64,000 nucleotides of DNA from Octopus vulgaris (Eukaryota), in NCBI GenBank assembly GCA_951406725.2, contig OX597825.1, positions 29,264,001 to 29,328,000 on the forward strand. Reading direction: 5' to 3'. The first letter of the stretch is position 1. Each line of letters starts with the position of its first letter. The notes below the pieces were generated by a model. The model made no database searches. It saw only the letters and a program-made list of their open reading frames with translations, and had not been told where the DNA came from. Made by a program: the position numbers and the translations under genes. Below, one piece after another: positions 55,870 through 64,000 of this stretch.

Positions 55870-56227
55870 CAGTGGTGGCTTTATTTCATATCTAAGTATT
55901 TATTTTCTTCTTTGATGAATGCTACCTTTATGGTGGTGCCATTGATGATATAGAAGAGTCGATGGCATTGAGTGCATGGCAATGTTGGTGGAGGTCAAGG
56001 TTAATTTTCTCAAGCCTATCAGGATGTAACTTCATTTCTTCCTTTTCTCTTCCGGTGGCTTCAAAGTCTTTGGTTCCAGTATGATGGAACACTACCACAT
56101 GGTACAGTCTTGAGCATGTGTTTCAAATGATTTAGGTTCAATTCCAGTGGCTTTCAGGGTTGCTTTGAATTGGCCCTTGCATCCTCGAAGAGGGCGGCCC
56201 AGTGATCTTTTTCCTGAAGTGGGCTCA
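55870..56227 (-). mobile_element. Degenerate RTE LINE 3' fragment
   Basis: Minus strand reads EPTSGKRSLGRPLRGCKGQFKATLKATGIEPKSFETHAQDCTMW*, matching the RTE GxRxxGRP..KD..K..W..A.DR..WR motif. After frameshifts it reads PPPTLPCTQCHRLF, a zinc-finger remnant. Confidence 0.75.
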
Positions 56228-56414
56228 TTGAATAAAACTTCTGTATAAATGTATATTAATATTTGGCATTATGTTATAATAAAAATATTTTTACGTTATA
56301 CTGAAGGATTACTCAATACAAATTGGTTATTCTTGAGCAAAATTAATACTGACTGTAACTTTGAAGTTTCGGCCAGCTAAGCCATCTTGGGTAATCAATA
56401 CTATTCTTATTTAA

Positions 56415-56442
<28 letters not shown>

Positions 56443-56445
<3 letters not shown>

Positions 56446-56842
56446 CTCTTTACTCTTTTACTTGTTTCAGTCATTTTACTGTGGCCATGCTGGAGCACCA
56501 CCTTTAGTCGTGCACATCGACCCCAGGACATATTCTTTGTAAGCCTAGTACTTATTCTATCAGTCTCTTTTGCTGAACCACTAAGTTATGGGGATGTAAA
56601 CACACCAGCATCAGTTGTCAAGCAATGTTCAGGGGCCAAACACAGACACACAAACATATACACACACATACATATATATACATATATATGATGGGCTTCT
56701 TTCAGTTTCCATCTACCAAATCCACTCACAAGGCTTTGGTTGGCCTGAGGCTATAGTAGAAGACACTTGCCCAAGGTGCCACACAGTGGGACTGAACCCA
56801 GAACCATGTGGTTGGTAAGCATGCTTCTTACCACACAGCCAC
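56443..56842 (-). mobile_element. SINE family A
   Basis: Same family. Confidence 0.85.
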
Positions 56843-57696
56843 ATATGTATGAATGCTTGTATGTATGTTTGTATGTATATAGATACTGCAAAGCATTGCT
56901 TCTTGTGCTCTAACCATTCTGCTAGCTTGCCAAATGTCAGAACCTAACAGAAAGAAATTAAAATATAACAAAAACATGAAGATATAGTGGCATACACAAA
57001 TATTTACAATCACCATAATATGAATCAGATAATATATTTTTTTGTTGGACCAATGTAAATTTTGTAATAGACCATCAGTGGGCCACTCCTCTGATATTCT
57101 TCATTTACTTCAATTTGATGTTGAGTTCATTTTATCATCATTAGCAGATTAATTAAAAGTCTAAATCTGTAAATTTCCATTGTTCTGCTCTGCATTGAAT
57201 TTTAGTGATCAACTTGGGAAAAGAATAAATCTAATATTATGAAAAACCATTGTCTTTAATAAAGCTATTACTGACTGTAAAGCATTAGAATTTACATTAC
57301 ATTCACTGCGACATTATTTTAGGCTATAAAGTTTAATAGAAAATCAGCAAAAAAGCTATAAAAAGATAAATAATGTAATAAAACACTTCAGTAAATATAT
57401 TTGAGGATTTTTGTTTCCCTCTTTTTGAATTTTGCTTTCTGTTTTTCTTTTTTTTTTCTCTCTGTTGACAAATTACAGCTGATATATAAGACGAACATTT
57501 TTTTACAAATGAATGTCTCGAATCAACTCTTATAAGTGAAGTTGGGCCTCCCATAAGCCAGTTTGGTTCCTGAAGCTCACTTTTTCTCTGAATATATGTT
57601 GCTGAAAGAAGAATGAGTCTTTTGTGCATCTTTTGTGCCATCAAAGATGGCATTTATCACACTTGAAGGAAATTAGCTGTAGAAAAGTTCGTTAAA

Positions 57697-58330
57697 ATGT
57701 GGCTGTGTAGCAAGAAGTTTACTTCCCAATCATATGGTTCTGGTTTCAATTCCACTGCATGACACCTTGGGCAAGCGCCTTCTTTCATAGCCTTGGGCCA
57801 ACTAAAAGCCTTCGGGTGGATTTGGTAGAGTGAAATTGAAAGAAGCCAGTTGTATACATCTCAGTATATGTCTATGTGTGTAAGGCAGCAAGCTGGCAGA
57901 AACATTAGCATTCTGGGTGAAATGTATAACTGTATTTAACGGTATTTCATCTGTCTTTACATTCTAAGTTCAAATTCTGCTGAGGTCACCTTTGCCTTTC
58001 ATCCTTTCAGGATCAATAAATTAAGTACCAGTTGCATACTGGTGTCGATCTAATCAACTAGCCCCACTTACCAAAAATTTCGGGCCTTGTGCCTGGAGTA
58101 GAAAAGAATATACATCATTGTGTGTGTTTGTCTCCTGCCACCATTTGACAACTAGAGTTGGTTTGTTTACATTCCTGTAAGCTAGCAGTTCAGCAAAAGA
58201 GACTCACGGAATAGGTGCCAGGCTTAAAAAGAATTACTAGGGTTGATTCATTCGACTGAAAACTCTTCAAGTCAGTGCCCCAGCATGGCCTCAGTCAAAT
58301 AACTGAAACAAATAAAAGATAGAGGATAAA
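57697..58330 (+). mobile_element. Diverged family A SINE with nested family B copy (57883-58108)
   Basis: A head and tail flank a B-type body. Confidence 0.7.
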
Positions 58331-61300
58331 AGCTAATACAGGTACAAGCATAGCTGTATGTTGAAGCGGTTTACTCTCCAATTGCGATGTTAGGGGTTCA
58401 GTCCCATTGCCTGGATCTTTGGGCATGTACTTGATCCTGTAGTCTTGGGTTGATAAATGCCCCACATGTGGAATTTGATAAACAGAAACTGTGTAAAGGT
58501 AGATATGAAAATGTGTATATGAGTGTCTGTGTGTGTGTATTTAAGTATACTCTTATTAAAACGTGCTTTGAGTTATTCCCCTTTATAGCCGTTTTATAAA
58601 AAAAAAAAGATCAATGAAATAAGCTCTAGGCTGAAATAAGTACTTAAGTCAATAGGATTGTTAAAATCCTTGCTTGATGATATTCGCCAGTTTAATCTAA
58701 TGACTAATATTAGCAAAGGGAGCAAACTGTCAAGAGTTGTTAAAATAATTGTTAAACTGCCTTTTGACAATCGTTCTAGTTACCTATAATCTAAGTTCAA
58801 ATCCTGCTGAATTTAAGCAAAATCCAAAAGGAAGAAGCACTTTTTCACCCTTTCAGGGTCAGTAAATTAATTATTAGTTCAGTGTGTGATCAATTCTTCT
58901 CTCTGTGATCCCGTCTCTCCCTCTCCTTCTCTCTTTCTTTTTTCCATCTATTTCTTTCTCATACTACCCTCCCCCCACAAAAAAAAAACTCAGTTGTGAT
59001 CAGACCAGAGGAGTGATGAACCTGATGGCTTTGCTGTGACTTTACCAAGAGTCAACGTCTCATGGAAGAGAAAGGACAAAATAATTATCAAGACAAGGTC
59101 TGGGTTCTAGCCTTCCCAGCATTCCCAGTAAACAGCATTGCTTCATCAAATGTTTTACCAAGAGATTCTTAATCACATGGTAAATAGTAGAGCAGAGTAA
59201 AAGTTGTGCATTAAGAGATTTGGATTGGATACTTGGTTATATCTTTGGTTCAATTCCAGCGAGATCCACTTAATGTTTTATTTTGCTTTTTTGTGTGATT
59301 ACAAGTTCAGATGAAAAGAAAGTTTCAGTCATTTTACTGTAGCCTACTTCATACCAGCTTTATCTTTTTTTTACTTTTGGGTTAGCATCTGATATAAGAA
59401 AATGTCTTTGTCTCAAACAACACGTTTGGTTGATTTAAATGTAATACTACTTTTTCTAATTTCCAAATAACTTCCATTAGTAGTTGAGCATGTCAGTAAG
59501 CAGTGAATTTTCTCCCCTTAACTCTGAAGTCTCCTGTCTAATTAAACAACCATTGTTAATCAGAGTTAATCAGATCATTTTACTACTATACTGCTGCTGC
59601 TGCTGCTGTTACTGCTGCTGCCATTGTTTTAGCTGTATTTTGATATCACCTTACTCTGCCTCCTTTTCTCCTCTTCTATATTGCTCTCTCTCTCTCTCTC
59701 TCTCTCTCTTTCATCCTTTTGTTTTTATCCTCTCATTCTTCCCTTCACTTACTTTCACTTTCACATTCTCTGCTTTTCTTGCTTTCTCTTATTCTTCAGT
59801 GTCCTTAATGTAATTGAAACTGTGCAACTTCCTACCCCTTATCCTACCCAATGTGCTATCATTTCCTTAAATGAACAACTTTAATCTGAGGGCACAACAT
59901 GAAAGGTTTCTCTTAATCACTGGACATAATCATTACAAAGGCCTGCAATGTTGGTGATAATATTTTTGCCAACAAAAGCTCAATTACTTCAGTTCTCTGC
60001 AAAAAACACAACTAATCTCCAGGCCAACCAGTTTGTTGTTTAAACTATAAAGTTTCTTCCTTCTTAAAAGCAAAGCAAATATAATGGTATCCTTTCTTTT
60101 CTTCTTTATTTCTTTTTTTTTTCTTTGCATTAATGAAATTCAGGCTACATATTATATAGGGACAACAGTAAGAAGAAATAGCACAATTTTGGCTAATGCC
60201 TTTCTAAAACTTTATTGATGTAATTTTTTTTTTTCACCGTTTTTCATGTCAGATGCTATACACTAATTTATTATTCAAGACCTCTTTCGGTAGTCACTAA
60301 CATTATTCTGGTATCTGTACAAGATGTTTTAAGTACTTCTTGAATTTCATCTCATTAACTTAACTTAGTTTCTTCTCTAAAACAACTTTCACCCTGCCAA
60401 CTTTGCAATGACTTTACTTCTGCTAATGATATTATTGTAAAATTGGCAAAGAGATAGTTGGTTTTAGCTTAACACAGAAAATACAAAAAAAAAAAAATAA
60501 ATAAATAAATAAATAAATACAAAAGAAAAAGAAAGAAAGAAAGAAAACAAACAAAAATAAAAATAAAAACATAAAACAAAAGAAAAAGAAGCAGGGAGTT
60601 GATGTCCAAGTTAAATCTTAACTTTAGCCAGTTAATGGACTGAAATTGAAATGCTGTTTTGAAGTCTTACAAGAAATATATGAATAACGTTAGCATCAAA
60701 TAAGAGTTTTCTAAAAATAAATTATTACACTGTGTCCAACATTTACATGTCACTGAAGAGAGCTGAGAATAATTCCTTTTGAGTCATGTAAATAAGATTA
60801 TTAGAGAAGTTCTAAGTGGTACTATATCTGCAGAAAGCCAGCCGGCAGGAAGCATTATATACCAGGGAGATAAATCTCAGGAAAGAACATATAATAATAA
60901 AAGCTTAATGTCTTGAGAAGGTAGCTAAGTTTTAATATTGTTAGCATTTCAAATTCTCTTCCTGTCCTGTTTCATTTCATTATGTTTTAATGTATAACAT
61001 ACCAAGTATGTTTCCATGTTCCTTTGTTCATTGTTTATGAGTAATACTCTGCTGAAAGGAACTGGACATCATAGACGATGTCAGGAGGAGATAATTCTTT
61101 TACAGCTTTTAGTAAGTGTTATTCTCTAGAGTAACTCACTTAAACTATATACTTCAAAAACAAAACATAAACACAAACAAACATAAAAAAAAAAAACGAA
61201 TAAGAAAAAGGCAGAGATAAAATCATTGCATTTTTGCATTTTAGTATCTTTGATGTTTCTCCATATTGATGTGCAAATAGCTAACATCATGCTGTATAGA

Positions 61301-61566
61301 GTACTTATTCCATAAGAAAATTATGGTCATTTTATTCATAGTTCCTTGGTTCAGTCCCACAGCATGGCACCTAAGGCATATGCCTCCTACTATTACACTG
61401 GCTGACCAATGTCTTGGAGTTTTGAAGTGAATTTGCGAGACAAAAACTGTATTAAGCTCATTTGTTCCCTTTTTTTCTTCTTTTTTCTTCTTCCATCTTG
61501 AAAAGAAAATCTCTACATTTGTAATTGCCACCTCTGTGTACAGCCCTGTGTGGCCAATAAAGAAAG

Positions 61567-61640
<74 letters not shown>

Positions 61641-61652
61641 CTCTACCTATCT

Positions 61653-61691
<39 letters not shown>

Positions 61692-61753
61692 TGTCTGTCT
61701 GTCCATATGTCTGTCTATCTATCTATCCATCAGTCTGTCTGTCTGTCCGTCCG

Positions 61754-61806
<53 letters not shown>

Positions 61807-61831
61807 TCATTTAACTGTCTGTCTGTCAGTG

Positions 61832-61908
<77 letters not shown>

Positions 61909-62374
61909 CTCTATATATATATATGTGTGTATCTCAACAGAAACACAACAATGGAACAAAGAGGAAATCCATACATGGGATGGGACGATGCTCATTCTTT
62001 GTCAGTTATCAGCCAAACAGACAGACAGACAGACAGCTAGATAAGTGGATACATAGATAAATAGATAGACGAATATACACATGTGTGTGAGTGCGTGTGT
62101 GAATAAGTATGTATATTGGTAATTCATGTTATTTTATGAATGAAGCATTGCTGATAGTATTGGCTATTCCTTGTTTGACATTCTGACTGGGTCACTCTGC
62201 ACTTTCAATGACTTGTGGATCATAAAACTTCCTTACCAAAATACAGATGATGTTTAACAAGGAGAAAAGCATTCAGTTGTAACATTCTACCTCAAAATCT
62301 GTTCCCATCCGTTTATTGTTAGCACAGACATTCAACAAACAAGCATAAACCATTTCTTTTTTTTTTCCTCTTTG

Positions 62375-62421
<47 letters not shown>

Positions 62422-62996
62422 ATTTAACTATGTTTTTGTACATGGGTTTTCCTTGTATCTATAAAACTTTTCTACTTCCAGCTGATATTTTCTTTGTGAT
62501 TAGAATCCGTTTTAATCTGTCCTTTCTTGCCATTGAAACAACTCATCATCAAAGTTATGAAAAGAAAAAGAAAAAACAAAAACAAAAACAAAAACAAAAA
62601 CAAAACAGAGAGAAAAGTTTGAATGTAATAAATATTTTATATTTTTATATTTAGAACGGTATTAATTAAAATAACCAAAACTATAAAATAAAATAAAATA
62701 AAAAAATAAAAATAAAAATTGTATAAATTGTTTGAATTATCTCCATTAGACACAACGCCGTCAGAATTCTTTCTGCCAGAAGTTGTACATATGAACAGCA
62801 AGAGAAAGACACATGCACATCATTGCACATTATATTATTAGATAAATATACACAGAAAGAAAAACTACAACTTCTCAACTTTCATTAACAATCCAGTAAT
62901 TAAAACTTTACAACAAAGCGTGTACTTGCTTCTTGGTGTTTCATGTTAAATGCCTTGAACCAGCATATCATCAGTTCTAAACTACATCGCAGACAA

Positions 62997-63419
62997 TTAA
63001 ATGTAGCACTCTGGGTAATTAGTTGTTGGAAATTCTAACAGTCTCGGACTTCTGGCACCAACATCTCTGATAACATCACCATTTTCTAAACAGGATTTCA
63101 TTATTACAACCCTTTTTTGAAATTCTTGGCTTTCTTCTAAAATGTTCTTGCTGTTATCATTATTGTTATTCCTGCTGCTGTTGCTGTTGGTGCCAGTGGT
63201 GTTATTGATGCTGTTGTTGTTATTGTTGGTGGTGGTGGTGGGTGTAAGATTATTGCTGTTGTCATCACTGTTGTTGTAACCACTGCCAATTTTTAGCTGT
63301 TGTTTCTTCGGTGTTGCTGATGTAATATTTCCTGATATTCTTGCTGTTGATATTGATGTAGTTCTTGTTGTAGAGTGTAGTGAATCAATGCTGCTGCTTA
63401 TCTTCTGGTCTGTCTTGCC
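62997..63419 (-). CDS. Probable terminal coding exon of an unidentified host gene (Asn/Ser/Thr-rich disordered C-terminus ending ...SPRLLEFPTTNYPECYI*)
   Basis: Frame open 63479-62997 in non-repeat sequence, with complex amino-acid sequence flanking a poly-Asn/Thr tract. Candidate acceptor ...ccttttcatcatgagtctgctcaaacag|GGC at 63420/63419 (phase 0). Unique 3'UTR-like sequence follows the TAA. The 5' boundary is uncertain. Confidence 0.6.
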   Translation of the reverse strand, partial: GKTDQKISSSIDSLHSTTRTTSISTARISGNITSATPKKQQLKIGSGYNNSDDNSNNLTPTTTTNNNNNSINNTTGTNSNSSRNNNNDNSKNILEESQEFQKRVVIMKSCLENGDVIRDVGARSPRLLEFPTTNYPECYI

Positions 63420-63488
63420 CTGTTTGAGCAGACTCATGATGAAAAGGCTTTCCAGCCTTGTCAAATTTGTCTTTTTAAGCTACATTAA

Positions 63489-63846
63489 TTTATGTATTTC
63501 ATTTTTGGATTTGGTTTGCAAGATTCTTTATATGAGTTCGTGTGTTGAAGCATATTCTGTTGTGTCTGGGGAGAGTCATTTTCTTTTTGTGCCTTATAAA
63601 TGTAACACACTCACCGGTAAAATTTCCACTTTTTTCTTATTCTTATTTTTCTAAAATTTTTGTTGCGTCTCGCAACCTTTTCAATAGTTTTGACTCTAAA
63701 CTATTGAAAAACTATTGAACAGGTTGCAAGACACAACGAAAATTTTAGGAGAATAAAAATAAAAATGTGGAAATTTTACTGGTGAGTGTGTTACATTATA
63801 AGGCACAAAAAGGAAATGACTCCCCAGACAAAACAGTTTATGTATT
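63489..63846. mobile_element. Penelope-like fold-back element
   Basis: Inverted arms ~63557-63690 / 63709-63836 around a degenerate TTGAA.AG-GTTGC..CAAC-GAAA core. Flanked by TTTATGTATT on both sides. The outer tail is homologous to that of the 15088 element. Confidence 0.7.
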
Positions 63847-64000
63847 GTCCCATTTTAAAGACATGGTGAGCTGGCAGAATCGTAGCAGATGGATGAAATC
63901 TTTAGCTGTATTTAATCCATCTTTGTTCCGTGTTCAAATTCCACCAGGGTCGACTTTGCCTTTTATTCTTTCAGGGTCAATAAAATGACTGGCCCCTCCC

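Noticed and set aside
57581-57601. 21-nt minus-strand microexon-like motif (ttctttcAG..GTGAGC)
   Set aside because: No supporting context; such motifs arise by chance in AT-rich DNA.

Overview
AT-rich animal genomic DNA that is almost entirely non-coding (intronic/intergenic) and saturated with microsatellites and tRNA-derived SINEs. The repeat families and simple-repeat load point to an octopus-like cephalopod (inference, no database check). Nearly all ORFs in the supplied track are translations of simple repeats or SINEs. Supportable content: a probable terminal coding exon of a minus-strand gene (~63.0-63.4 kb); dead LINE fragments (two RTE 3' ends, one with three C2H2 fingers, and one R4/Dong-like piece); several SINE families; DNA-transposon derivatives (hAT MITE, piggyBac MITE, Helentron/HINE); and a rearranged U2 snRNA pseudogene. 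There is also a plus-strand PBX/PREP + CCAAT promoter candidate with a first exon and a textbook AG|GTAAGT recursive-splice motif. The most distinctive signals are a set of fold-back elements carrying minimal hammerhead-ribozyme cores (Penelope-like) and a separate ~600-bp near-perfect palindrome. Coordinates were read by eye and may be off by a few bases.
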